The position numbers and the translations under genes are program-made. A stretch of 64,000 nucleotides of DNA from Myxococcota bacterium (GTDB taxonomy: Bacteria > Myxococcota_A > UBA796 > SXON01), in NCBI GenBank assembly GCA_040386535.1, contig JAZKFH010000015.1, forward strand, positions 220,800-284,799, in the 5' to 3' direction. A model generated the notes under the pieces. It ran no database searches. It was given only the letters and a program-made list of their open reading frames with translations, and was not told the origin of the DNA. This document shows, one piece after another, positions 55,695 through 64,000 of this stretch (position 1 is the stretch's first letter; each line of letters starts with the position of its first letter).

Positions 55695-56617
55695 TCCACT
55701 TTCCGACCGACGTGGCGGCGGCGGCGAACGCGTCGGGCGAGCTGCGCGCCGGGGGCACCGACCTGATGGAGCGGCGGCGGAGCGGGCGCTCCGAGGGGCC
55801 CCTGGTCGACCTGCGGGACCTCGGGGGGCTCGATGCCGTCGAGGTGCGTGACGGGGGCCTGCGCATCGGCGCCAAGGTCACCATTGCGGCGCTCGCCGCG
55901 CACCCCTCGACGCCCCCGGGGCTGGCCCAAGCCGCCGGCGGGCTCGCCACGCCGCAGATCCGGGCGGTCGCGACCGTGGCCGGCAACCTCGCGCAGCGCG
56001 TGCGCTGCTGGTACTTCCGCAACCCCGCGTTCTCCTGCCTCCAGAGCGGCGGCAGCACCTGCCTCGCGCGCGAAGGCGACCACCTCTACCATTCGTGCTT
56101 CGACCAGCACGCGTGCATCGCGCCGCACCCGTCGACCCTGGCGTGCGCCCTGCTCGCGTACGACGCCATCGTCGAGGTCGCCGGCGCGGCCGAGCCCCTC
56201 CCGCTCGGCGGGGTGCTCGCCTCGCTCCACGCCGCCCACCTCGGCGGGAAGGCCGCCCCGTTGATCGTGGCCGTGCGCCTCGCGACGCCCCCCGCCGGGG
56301 AGCGCGCCGCCTACGTCCGCGCCATCGCACGTGCGCGCGCCGAGTGGCCGCTCGCGGAGGTCGTGGTGCGCCTCGCCGTCGTGGGGGGCGTCGTGACGCT
56401 GGCGCGTGTGGTCGTGGGCGGGGTCGCCGGGCTTCCCCTCCGTCGCGAGGCGGTGGAAGCGGCCCTGGTCGGCGGCCCCCTGGACGAGGCGCACATCGCG
56501 GCCGCCTCCGCTCTCGCGACCGAAGGGGCGCGCCCGCTCCCCATGACGGGCTACAAGCTGCCGATCCTCGTCGGGGCCGTTCGTGAGGCGCTCGAGCGCG
56601 CCGCCGGAGCTTCGTGA
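55691..56617 (+). CDS. FAD-binding subunit (PaoB/YagS-like) with a Cys-rich 4Fe-4S insertion
   Basis: 'AGGTDL', 'ATPQIR.VATVAGNL.QR.RCWYFR....C....G..C.A.EG.H......C.APHPS'. Confidence 0.92.
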   Translation: MIHFPTDVAAAANASGELRAGGTDLMERRRSGRSEGPLVDLRDLGGLDAVEVRDGGLRIGAKVTIAALAAHPSTPPGLAQAAGGLATPQIRAVATVAGNLAQRVRCWYFRNPAFSCLQSGGSTCLAREGDHLYHSCFDQHACIAPHPSTLACALLAYDAIVEVAGAAEPLPLGGVLASLHAAHLGGKAAPLIVAVRLATPPAGERAAYVRAIARARAEWPLAEVVVRLAVVGGVVTLARVVVGGVAGLPLRREAVEAALVGGPLDEAHIAAASALATEGARPLPMTGYKLPILVGAVREALERAAGAS

Positions 56618-56847
56618 TGCAACTCTGCCGATCCCTCCGTTGGAAGAGCTGGTACGGGACGGACGCCTTCACGGAGGCGGAGCTGGTCGCGACGTTCCGC
56701 TCGAACGAGGTGCCCTACACGTGCCTCCAGACCTGCCAGGCGTGGGGGCCGGACGACGCGCCGGCTGTGCCCGAACGGTGCGACGGAACGAGGAGCTGCT
56801 TCCGCCCCTCGCGCAAGCTGATCGATCGCTCGCCGCCGCGCGCTTAG
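56614..56847 (+). CDS. Small Cys-rich hypothetical protein
   Basis: Start overlaps the FAD-subunit stop. 'LCRSLRWK..YG', 'YTCLQTCQAWGPDD....PERC...RSCF'. Confidence 0.7.
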   Translation: MMQLCRSLRWKSWYGTDAFTEAELVATFRSNEVPYTCLQTCQAWGPDDAPAVPERCDGTRSCFRPSRKLIDRSPPRA

Positions 56848-56895
56848 GTGGAGCAACCATCGGCCGCCGCGGGTTCCTGTTCTGCCGGGAGGGCC

Positions 56896-58935
56896 GTGAA
56901 TCCAAAGGACGTAGCCCGTCTCCTCGATCACGTGGGAGATGGCCTCCTCTCCGTCGATGCGAACGGTGGGCTGGGGCTCGTGAACGATGCCGCCGCCTCG
57001 TTGTTGGGGCTCCGTTCGCCCGAAGGGGAGCAGTGTTGGTTCGAGACGATCGGGGCGCTCCAGGCCGATCGGGAGACGCCGATGCGGGAGAGCGAATTCC
57101 CGCTCCTGGCGGCGGCGCGGCGCGGCGAGCGGATCGAGCAGGACGTGTTCCTGCGCAATCAGCACGTCCCCGACGGGCTGCTCCTGCGCATGAGCGCCTG
57201 GCCCGTGCGCGGGCCCGACGGGGCGCCCGAGGGCGCGGTCGCGGTCATCCGCCACGCCGATCCGCCGAGGTGTGCGGAGACCGAACACCAGCGGCAGGGA
57301 GCGCTCGTGGAGCTGCTCCGCGTCGTGGCGGCCGCGGCGAACGAGGCGCCCGATCTCGAGGCGGCGCTCGTCGTCGCGCTCACGGCCGTGGCACGCGCCG
57401 CGGAGTGGAGGGTGGGCCAGGTCCACGTCGTGTGCGACCTCCCCTCGCGCTTCGTCCGGTCCGCAGCGCGCTACCTCGCCGATCCCGCGTACGAGAGCTT
57501 CTGCGCCGCCACCGCCGCCCCCGACCTGCGGCTGGACGAGGGGCTCCCGGGCCGCGTGCTCGCGATCGGAGCGCCGGTGTTCGTCCCGGACATGGCCCTC
57601 GACGACGACTTGACCCGCGGGGCCGCCGCCGCCGCGGTCGGCCTGCACGCGGGCTTCGGCTTCCCCATCCTCGTGCGTGACGAGGTCGTGGGCGTCCTCG
57701 AGTTCTTCGCGCACGCCCACGCGGCCCCGGATCCGCGCCTGCTCGAGGTGCTCGTGCAGGTCGGCACGCTGCTCGGGCGTGTCGTGGAGCGCGACCGGGC
57801 TCAGTCGCGGGAGGCGTTCTTTCGCGCCGTCATCGATCACGTGGGCGATCCCATCTTCGTGAAGGACCGTGACCTCCGGTTCGTCGTGCTCAACCGGGCG
57901 CACGAGGACTGGATCGGGTTTCCGCGCGACGAGATGATCGGGAAGAGCGACCACGATTACTTCCCGGCCGAGCAGGCGGAGTTCTTCCAACGGAAGGACC
58001 GCGAGATGTTCGCCTCGGAGGGCAAGGTCTCCATCGAGGAGGAGCCGATCACGGACGCCTCCGGCAACGTGCACTGGCTCGCGACGACCAAGGTTCCCCT
58101 CCGCGGGCCCTCGGGGGAGATCACGCATCTCGTGGGGATCATCCACGACATCACGCGGCTCAAGATCGCCGAGGCCGATCTGCGGCAGCGCAACCTCCAG
58201 CTCGCCGCAGAGGTGTCCCAGCACGCGGCGGCGGAGGCGGAGCTCAAGGCGTCGAACCGGGAGCTCGAGGGGTTCTGCCACTCGGTGTCGCACGACCTGC
58301 GCACCCCGTTGCGCGCGATCGACGGCTTCAGCAACCTGCTCCTCCGCGAGCACGCCGGGCAGCTCGACGAGGCGGGGCGGCATTGTCTGCGGCGCGTCCG
58401 TGCGAATGCCCAGCGGATGGCGCAGCTCATGGACGATCTGCTCCAGCTCTCGCGCGTCTCGCGCACGCCGCTTCATCGCCAGCCGGTCGATCTTCGGGCG
58501 CTCGCGGAAGAGATCCTCGAGGAGCTGCGCCGCCACGAGCCCGATCGCAACGTGACCTTCTCGGCTCACGAGCCCCTCGTCGCCCAGGGGGACCCGCGCC
58601 TCGTCCGGCTGCTGCTCGAGAACCTGATCGGCAACGCCTGGAAGTTCACCAACCTGCGGCCCACGGCCCACATCGGCCTGCGGCGCGCGGGGGACGCCTT
58701 CTGTGTCGAGGACGACGGCGCCGGCTTCGAGATGGCCTACGTGGGCGCGCTGTTCAAGCCGTTCAGCCGCCTGCACGGCCACGAGGAGTTCCCGGGGACA
58801 GGCGTGGGCCTCGCGACGGTGCTGCGCATCGTCGAGCGGCACGGCGGGCGCGTGTGGGCCGAAGGGGAGGTCGATCGGGGCGCGAGGGTGTGCTTCACGC
58901 TCGCACCGTACGACGCGGCGCCTACTCCCCCTTGA
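56896..58935 (+). CDS. Cytoplasmic PAS-GAF-PAS sensor histidine kinase
   Basis: PAS, GAF (EGLPGRV...GFPI....VGVLEF), PAS (IFVKD..LRF..LN), H-box SVSHDLRTPL, N-box NLIGNAWKF, G1 DDGAGF, G2 GTGVGL. No TM seen. GTG start behind GGAGG. Confidence 0.93.
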   Translation: MNPKDVARLLDHVGDGLLSVDANGGLGLVNDAAASLLGLRSPEGEQCWFETIGALQADRETPMRESEFPLLAAARRGERIEQDVFLRNQHVPDGLLLRMSAWPVRGPDGAPEGAVAVIRHADPPRCAETEHQRQGALVELLRVVAAAANEAPDLEAALVVALTAVARAAEWRVGQVHVVCDLPSRFVRSAARYLADPAYESFCAATAAPDLRLDEGLPGRVLAIGAPVFVPDMALDDDLTRGAAAAAVGLHAGFGFPILVRDEVVGVLEFFAHAHAAPDPRLLEVLVQVGTLLGRVVERDRAQSREAFFRAVIDHVGDPIFVKDRDLRFVVLNRAHEDWIGFPRDEMIGKSDHDYFPAEQAEFFQRKDREMFASEGKVSIEEEPITDASGNVHWLATTKVPLRGPSGEITHLVGIIHDITRLKIAEADLRQRNLQLAAEVSQHAAAEAELKASNRELEGFCHSVSHDLRTPLRAIDGFSNLLLREHAGQLDEAGRHCLRRVRANAQRMAQLMDDLLQLSRVSRTPLHRQPVDLRALAEEILEELRRHEPDRNVTFSAHEPLVAQGDPRLVRLLLENLIGNAWKFTNLRPTAHIGLRRAGDAFCVEDDGAGFEMAYVGALFKPFSRLHGHEEFPGTGVGLATVLRIVERHGGRVWAEGEVDRGARVCFTLAPYDAAPTPP

Positions 58936-59662
58936 AGTGCAGGGTCAGATCGAACCCCGCCCGCACCGCGCGGCCGCCCTCGCGTACCGGGTAGAAGCGA
59001 TATCGCATCGCGACGTTCTGCGCGGCGACGCGGAACACCTCCGGGCACGTCTTCGCCACGACCTCGTAGGGGGTGCCGCGCTCGTCGATGTTGATGCGGA
59101 CGACGCAGCGGGTGTCGGGCAGCTTCAGCGCCGAGGCCGCCGCCGGGTAGTCCGAGGGGCGCACGTCGGCGCGCACCTTCACCGCCGCCTCGGTCCAGTG
59201 CACGACCTTGATCCCGCCGCCACCCGCGCCGTCGCCCTCTCCGTCCCCACCGCCGCCGGGGCCGTCGCCGTCCCCGTCGCCGTCGAGCGCGCCGTCCACT
59301 GTGCCATCGTCGCTCGAACCGCCGGGGGAAGGGAGGAGCGGGACCGAAGGCGGCGGATCGGTCAGGGTGGAGACGACGTCCGGCGGGGGGACGACGGGAG
59401 CGGGGACCGACGCCGTCGAGCGGGCCCGGGCGCGGGTCTTCTCCGCCGGCAAGGCGGCGGGGCCGGGCGAACCACGGGGCGGGAGCACCAGCTCAATCGG
59501 CCGCTCGAGGAAGGCCTCGACCACGTCGACCTCCTCGACGGCGCGGGCGCCGAGCCACGTGAGGCCGCCGAGCGCGCCGCCGTTGAAGAGGAGGGAGAGG
59601 AGCAGGGCGCCCGCGCGGCGGCCGGGCGAGCGGGAGGTGACGCGACCGACCGAATCGAACAT
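58922..59662 (-). CDS. Stand-alone TonB-like protein
   Basis: N-terminal TM helix, Pro/Gly-Asp linker, C-terminal 'YPAAA......RCVVRINIDERG.P.......YRFYP' TonB_C-like domain. Confidence 0.72.
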   Translation of the reverse strand: MFDSVGRVTSRSPGRRAGALLLSLLFNGGALGGLTWLGARAVEEVDVVEAFLERPIELVLPPRGSPGPAALPAEKTRARARSTASVPAPVVPPPDVVSTLTDPPPSVPLLPSPGGSSDDGTVDGALDGDGDGDGPGGGGDGEGDGAGGGGIKVVHWTEAAVKVRADVRPSDYPAAASALKLPDTRCVVRINIDERGTPYEVVAKTCPEVFRVAAQNVAMRYRFYPVREGGRAVRAGFDLTLHFKGE

Positions 59663-59736
59663 GCGGGCTCCGAGCAGGTGATCGGAGCGTAGCTGCCCTT
59701 CGTGAACGGCTGTGTCACCGCTCGGTCTACGCGCCG

Positions 59737-61962
59737 CTACTCCCCGAGCAGGTCCGCCGGATCGCCGCTCAACAGGTAGGTCCATCCCAGGGTGGGCAAG
59801 GCGCTCCACGCCCACAGGGTGCCGTCCGCCTCGAGGTGGCCCGCCTCGGGGTTCCCGGCGACGGCGGCGAGCACGTCGGGATGCGAGAACGGCGGCGCCT
59901 TCCAGTCCCGCACGTGGCGGGCCTGGTCGCGCAGGCTGGAGCGCACGACCACGCGGCCCTCACTGTCCACCAACCACGCCTCCGCGTTGCCGGGCAGGCC
60001 CGAGGGGGAGAGGTACGTGTCGATGAGGTAGCCCACGGTGATGTCGACCGCGGCCACGCCGAGGAGCGCACCTTCGGTCGAGCGGAGCGCGCGCGTGCAC
60101 GTGACGAGCAGGCCCATGCCGCTCTCGTCCAGCGTCGCCGGCTGCCAGTGGGGCCCGACCGCCGTGACCGCGGCCTGGTACCAGGTCTGCGCGCGGGGGT
60201 CGTACTCGGGGGGGTAGACGCCGCTGCCGGGGTAGCCGACGAGGAAGCCCTCCTCCGTCGCGACGTACGACCACACGATGGGGACGCCCGTGGCCTTGAG
60301 GCGCTCCTGCCAGTCGGCGGCTTCCCCCGTGCTCCGCCGGTGCACGTCGCGGAACACCGGCCCGAGCGCCACCACCTGAGACACCCGATCGGCCACCACC
60401 TCGGGCGCCACCGGGGGGGCCAGGACGACGTCCGGGTGGAGGAGGCTGATCCGGCCGTCATAGTAGGGGGAGGGGACGAGGTCGGGCGGGCCCCGGCCGG
60501 GCAGGGAGAACGTGTCCGCCAGGAAGTACGGGCGGCGCACCGCGGGATCGGCGAGACGGGCCTCGGCGGCCGTGGCGAGGCCCTGGAGCAGCCCCTCGTA
60601 GCGGAGCAGCGACGACTCCATGCGGCGGGACTGGCCCGAGGTGGCGCCGAGCAGGAGCCCGAGGCGGGCCTCACGTTCGGCGGCCGCCTGCTGGGCGACC
60701 TCGCGCACGCCGAGCGCGGCGAGCACGCCGAGCACGCCCGTCAACACGACCAGCAGCGAGAGACCGAGCCCCACGGCGAGGGCTGTCTGGCGGTGGTGAC
60801 TGATGCGGCGCGCCAGGCCCTGGGCGAGCGTGTCGGGCTCCGCGAGCACGGCCTCGTCGCGCAGGTAGCGGCGCACGTCCTCGCCGAGCGCGGCCACGTC
60901 GGGGTAGCGGCGGGCGGGCTCGAGCTGGGTGGAGCGCCGCACGATGGCGGCCAGCTCGCGCGGCACCTTCTCGCGCGGATCCAGCGGGACCAGGGGATCC
61001 TTCTCGCCCGCGGCCGCCCGTTGGAGCACCAGCGGCGCGCCCTTCCCGCCGCGCGCGACCTTGAGCGTCACCAGCTCCGCGAGGAGGAGGCCGAGCGCGT
61101 ATTGGTCGCTCCGCCCGTCGAGCGAGTCGTTGCGCCCCTGCGCCTGCTCCGGCGACATGTACCGCGGCGTGCCGATGGCGAGCCCGAGCTGCGTTCGCTC
61201 GGCGCGTCCGCTCGGCGCGTCCACCTCAGTGATGCCCTCGCTGCCGCCGACGAGCCGGGCGATGCCCCAGTCCATCACGATGACCTCCTGGAAGGCCCCC
61301 ACCATGATGTTGTCGGGCTTCAGGTCGCGGTGGATGACGCCGCGGGTGTGCGCGTGCGCCACGGCGCTGCAGACCTGGAGGAAGATGTCGAGCCGCGCGG
61401 GCAGCGCGAGCTCCGTCGGGATGCGCTTCCGCTTCTCCGTGAGCGCCCGGACCTCGCCGAGGACCTGCTTGAGCGTCCGCCCGCGGATGAGCTTCATCGA
61501 GTAGGCGTGGGCGCCGTCCGCCTGCGGCTCGAGGCCGTAGATGGGGATGATCGAGGGGTGATCGAGCTGCGCGGTGATCTGCACCTCGTGGGCGAAGCGC
61601 GTCGTGAGCACCGGGCTCTTCGCCAGCCGCGCGTCCATCCGCTTGATGGCCACGTTGCGCCGCAGGTTGGCGTCCCGGCCGATGTACACCTCGCCCATGG
61701 CGCCCTTGCCGAGCAGGCCGAGGAGGCGATGGGGGCTGGGCGTGGACGTGCTCGACACGCCCTCCGAGAGCGTGAGCGTCACGTCGAGCGAGGCGAGGAC
61801 CTCGCGGAGCTGGTCGGCGTCGAGGTGGCCGTCGGCGTGGAGGGCGGCCACGAAATCGTTCACGTCGCCGTCGCGGTTGCGCGCCACGAAGCGTCGCCAC
61901 GCCACGTCCACCTGCCCGGAGAGCGAGGGGGGGAGCAGGGACTTGAGGCGCGCGAGGTCCAT
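59737..61962 (-). CDS. Hanks-type Ser/Thr kinase with TM helix and extracytoplasmic Cache-like domain
   Basis: LGKGAMGEV, VAIK, HRDLKPDN, DWG, GTPRYMSPEQ; TM; 'YDPRAQTWYQ.A', 'LGVAAVDI', 'WLVDSEG'. Confidence 0.92.
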   Translation of the reverse strand: MDLARLKSLLPPSLSGQVDVAWRRFVARNRDGDVNDFVAALHADGHLDADQLREVLASLDVTLTLSEGVSSTSTPSPHRLLGLLGKGAMGEVYIGRDANLRRNVAIKRMDARLAKSPVLTTRFAHEVQITAQLDHPSIIPIYGLEPQADGAHAYSMKLIRGRTLKQVLGEVRALTEKRKRIPTELALPARLDIFLQVCSAVAHAHTRGVIHRDLKPDNIMVGAFQEVIVMDWGIARLVGGSEGITEVDAPSGRAERTQLGLAIGTPRYMSPEQAQGRNDSLDGRSDQYALGLLLAELVTLKVARGGKGAPLVLQRAAAGEKDPLVPLDPREKVPRELAAIVRRSTQLEPARRYPDVAALGEDVRRYLRDEAVLAEPDTLAQGLARRISHHRQTALAVGLGLSLLVVLTGVLGVLAALGVREVAQQAAAEREARLGLLLGATSGQSRRMESSLLRYEGLLQGLATAAEARLADPAVRRPYFLADTFSLPGRGPPDLVPSPYYDGRISLLHPDVVLAPPVAPEVVADRVSQVVALGPVFRDVHRRSTGEAADWQERLKATGVPIVWSYVATEEGFLVGYPGSGVYPPEYDPRAQTWYQAAVTAVGPHWQPATLDESGMGLLVTCTRALRSTEGALLGVAAVDITVGYLIDTYLSPSGLPGNAEAWLVDSEGRVVVRSSLRDQARHVRDWKAPPFSHPDVLAAVAGNPEAGHLEADGTLWAWSALPTLGWTYLLSGDPADLLGE

Positions 61963-61974
61963 CCGACGCGGAGT

Positions 61975-63810
61975 CTACTCGAAGGCGCGCCCGGGCACGC
62001 GGGCGTCTCCGGCGCGGCGGGTGACACCCTGCGCATCGAGCCACTCGAGCAGCGGGATCGCGGTGCGCCGGGAGAGCCCGGTGAGCTCCTTGAAGCCGGC
62101 GGGATCGAGCGTGGCGTGGGTGCGGAAGTGCGTCCGGACCTGCTCCACCAGCGCCGCGAGCACCGCGCCCGACCACACGCGGTCCCCGATGGGCTCGGCC
62201 TCGCCGCGCTCGCGGAGCAGGTACAGGAGCGCGTCGTAGGCGGGGTCGGGCGCGACCTCGCGCAGATCGGCGGCCCCTTCGAGGCCCGCGGCGACGAGGT
62301 GGGCGACCGCGCGCCCGCGCCAGGCTTCGTGCGCCGCCGAGAGCACCACGACATGGCCCGGCGCCCGCACGCGCCCGCCATCCGCCGCCAGCCGGCCGCT
62401 CGCGACCTCGGCGTCGAGCAGGGCCAGGTAGTCGCGCTCGCCGAGGGCCAGGAGCACGCCCGCGCGCAGGGCCTTGCGGTTGGCGCCGCTGGAGAGCGGG
62501 TGGTCCCGGTGGAAGCGGTCGACGGCCTCGCGCAGCGCGGCGCGGTGGCTGTCGGCGACCTCGGTGGCGAACCAGCGCTCGCCGATCCGGGCGCCGTGCG
62601 GCGCGCCGAGGCGCGCGACGACCTCGGCCTCCGAGAGGCCCGCGGGACCGGCCCGGAGGAGCCACGCCTCCTCGTCGCCCGCCTCGATCCGATCGAGCAT
62701 GGCGGCCGTGCGCGCGGCGTCCTTGCGCCGGGCGACGTTGGCGTACGGATCGAGGATCACGCCGCCGCCGACCGTGGCCGCGGGGGAGGCGCGGCGCGCG
62801 ACGAAGCGATCGCCCGCGACGCAGGGGAGGGGCTCGCCGAGGCGGAGCTGCACGTGGCAGGTCTCGCCGGGCACGAGGCCCTCGGCGTCGAGCGGGACCA
62901 CGCGCGCCTCGACCTCGCGCGTGCCGAGCAGGATCGTCAGGCGCGCCTCCTCCGCGAACAGCGGCGCGTCGGGGAGGTGGGTGTAGCGGGCGTCGAGGAC
63001 GAGCGGCGCGGGGAGCGTGCCCGGCGCGCAGATCCAGCTTCCCCGGCCCACCTCGTGGAGCTCCACCCCCGCGAGGTTCAGCGCGGTGCGCGCGCCCGCG
63101 TGCACCTCGGGGACGGAGGCGCCGTGCACCTGCACCCCGCGCACGCGCGCACGCCGCCCGCCCGGCTGGATCTCGATCTCGGCGCCGTCCACGAGGCGGC
63201 CCGACCACGCCGTGCCGGTCACCACCGTGCCGAAGCCCTTGCGCGCGAACGCGCGGTCGACCGGGAGGCGGAAGGGGCGGTCGGTCGCGCGGGGCGGCGG
63301 CGAGATCGCGTCGAGCGCGGCGACCAGCGCGTCGAGGCCCATGCCCGTCACCGCGCTGGTGGCGAGCACCGGCGCGCCCTCGAGGAAGGTGCCGCGCACC
63401 TGCTCGCCGATCTCCTCGACACACAAGGAGAGCAGCTCCGGGTCGACCAAATCGGCCATCGTGACCGCGACGATGCCCGCGCGCACCCCGAGCAGGCCGA
63501 GGATGTCGAGGTGCTCGCGCGTCTGCGGCATCACCCCCTCGACCCCGCTCACGCACAACACCACCGCGTCCAGGCCGCTGGCGCCCGCGATCATCGTGCG
63601 GACGAGGCGCTCGTGGCCCGGCACGTCGACCAGGCCGGCGACACGGCCGCTCGGCAAGGAGAGCGGGGTGAAGCCGAGCGCGATCGTGATGCCCCGCTGC
63701 TTCTCCTCGGGCAGGCGATCCAGGTCCACCCCGGTGAGCGCCTTGACGAGCGAGGTCTTGCCGTGGTCCACGTGGCCCGCGGTCCCGAACACGAGTGGCG
63801 CCAGTGACAT
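61975..63810 (-). CDS. selB: Selenocysteine-specific translation elongation factor
   Basis: 'GTAGHVDHGKT', 'DRLPEEKQRGITI.LGF', 'DVPGHE', 'PQTREHL', 'GFGTVVTGT', and a winged-helix C-terminus 'FKELTGLSR..AIPLLE.LD....T.R.GD.R'. Confidence 0.96.
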   Translation of the reverse strand: MSLAPLVFGTAGHVDHGKTSLVKALTGVDLDRLPEEKQRGITIALGFTPLSLPSGRVAGLVDVPGHERLVRTMIAGASGLDAVVLCVSGVEGVMPQTREHLDILGLLGVRAGIVAVTMADLVDPELLSLCVEEIGEQVRGTFLEGAPVLATSAVTGMGLDALVAALDAISPPPRATDRPFRLPVDRAFARKGFGTVVTGTAWSGRLVDGAEIEIQPGGRRARVRGVQVHGASVPEVHAGARTALNLAGVELHEVGRGSWICAPGTLPAPLVLDARYTHLPDAPLFAEEARLTILLGTREVEARVVPLDAEGLVPGETCHVQLRLGEPLPCVAGDRFVARRASPAATVGGGVILDPYANVARRKDAARTAAMLDRIEAGDEEAWLLRAGPAGLSEAEVVARLGAPHGARIGERWFATEVADSHRAALREAVDRFHRDHPLSSGANRKALRAGVLLALGERDYLALLDAEVASGRLAADGGRVRAPGHVVVLSAAHEAWRGRAVAHLVAAGLEGAADLREVAPDPAYDALLYLLRERGEAEPIGDRVWSGAVLAALVEQVRTHFRTHATLDPAGFKELTGLSRRTAIPLLEWLDAQGVTRRAGDARVPGRAFE

Positions 63811-63886
63811 GCCGCGAGCCTAACCGCGCCGTCCGTCGCGCACGGAGCGCCACGCGGGCACCCGCACTTGCGGTACCATCGGGCCC

Positions 63887-64000
63887 ATGTGGGTGGACTG
63901 TCCGGAGTGTGGCGCCGGCCTGGAGGGCATCTCGGGCGCGGAGAATGTCTGCCCCGCGTGCATGACGCCGTTTCTCGTGCCCGCGAGCGCCCGCGCCGTG
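63887..64000 (+). CDS. 5' end of a zinc-ribbon protein (runs off window)
   Basis: Not in the ORF track. Manual translation MWVDCPECGAGLEGISGAENVCPACMTPFLVPASARAV has two CxxC motifs. Confidence 0.65.
   Translation, partial: MWVDCPECGAGLEGISGAENVCPACMTPFLVPASARAV

Noticed and set aside
52851..56617. Selenocysteine read-through in the molybdoenzyme, given the nearby selB
   Set aside because: Both subunits are complete without internal TGA, and their terminal TGAs overlap the next start codons.

Overview
Very GC-rich chromosomal DNA (about 70% by eye, not computed). Gene content suggests a Myxococcota-type, possibly uncultured, bacterium; this is an inference. I found no mobile element, CRISPR array or rRNA. 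Left third (minus strand): a contiguous Glt/Nfs-type envelope-spanning cluster (two GltA/B-type beta-barrels, GltC, GltD, GltE, GltF, two GltG paralogs, GltH/CglE) plus an Ig-like lipoprotein, followed by the 5' end of rplC with no rpsJ in front. Directly upstream are an exbB-exbD-tonB-TonB-dependent receptor-lipoprotein operon, tRNA-Cys(GCA) and an alpha-2-macroglobulin/pbpC pair. Middle: two glycosyltransferases, a class A PBP, ispA, tlyA, a MopE-repeat lipoprotein, an S41 protease, larB-larC, a PAS-DHp protein lacking a kinase domain, a USP, a DUF2225-like protein, a VOC protein and an SPFH-GYF_2 protein. Right: a lipoprotein with 35 Asp/Cys repeats coupled to a PEGA protein, a Tat-exported fused 2Fe-2S/molybdopterin oxidoreductase with its FAD subunit, a PAS-GAF-PAS histidine kinase, a TonB-like protein, a Ser/Thr kinase with a Cache-like sensor, and selB. 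The best candidate for something new is the Glt/Nfs cluster: it has a duplicated, apparently separately transcribed, FHA-less GltG, a candidate Ig-like surface partner, and an ExbBD-TonB importer next to it rather than an AglRQS motor. All family calls are by motif recognition, not database search, and many start codons were re-picked by hand.
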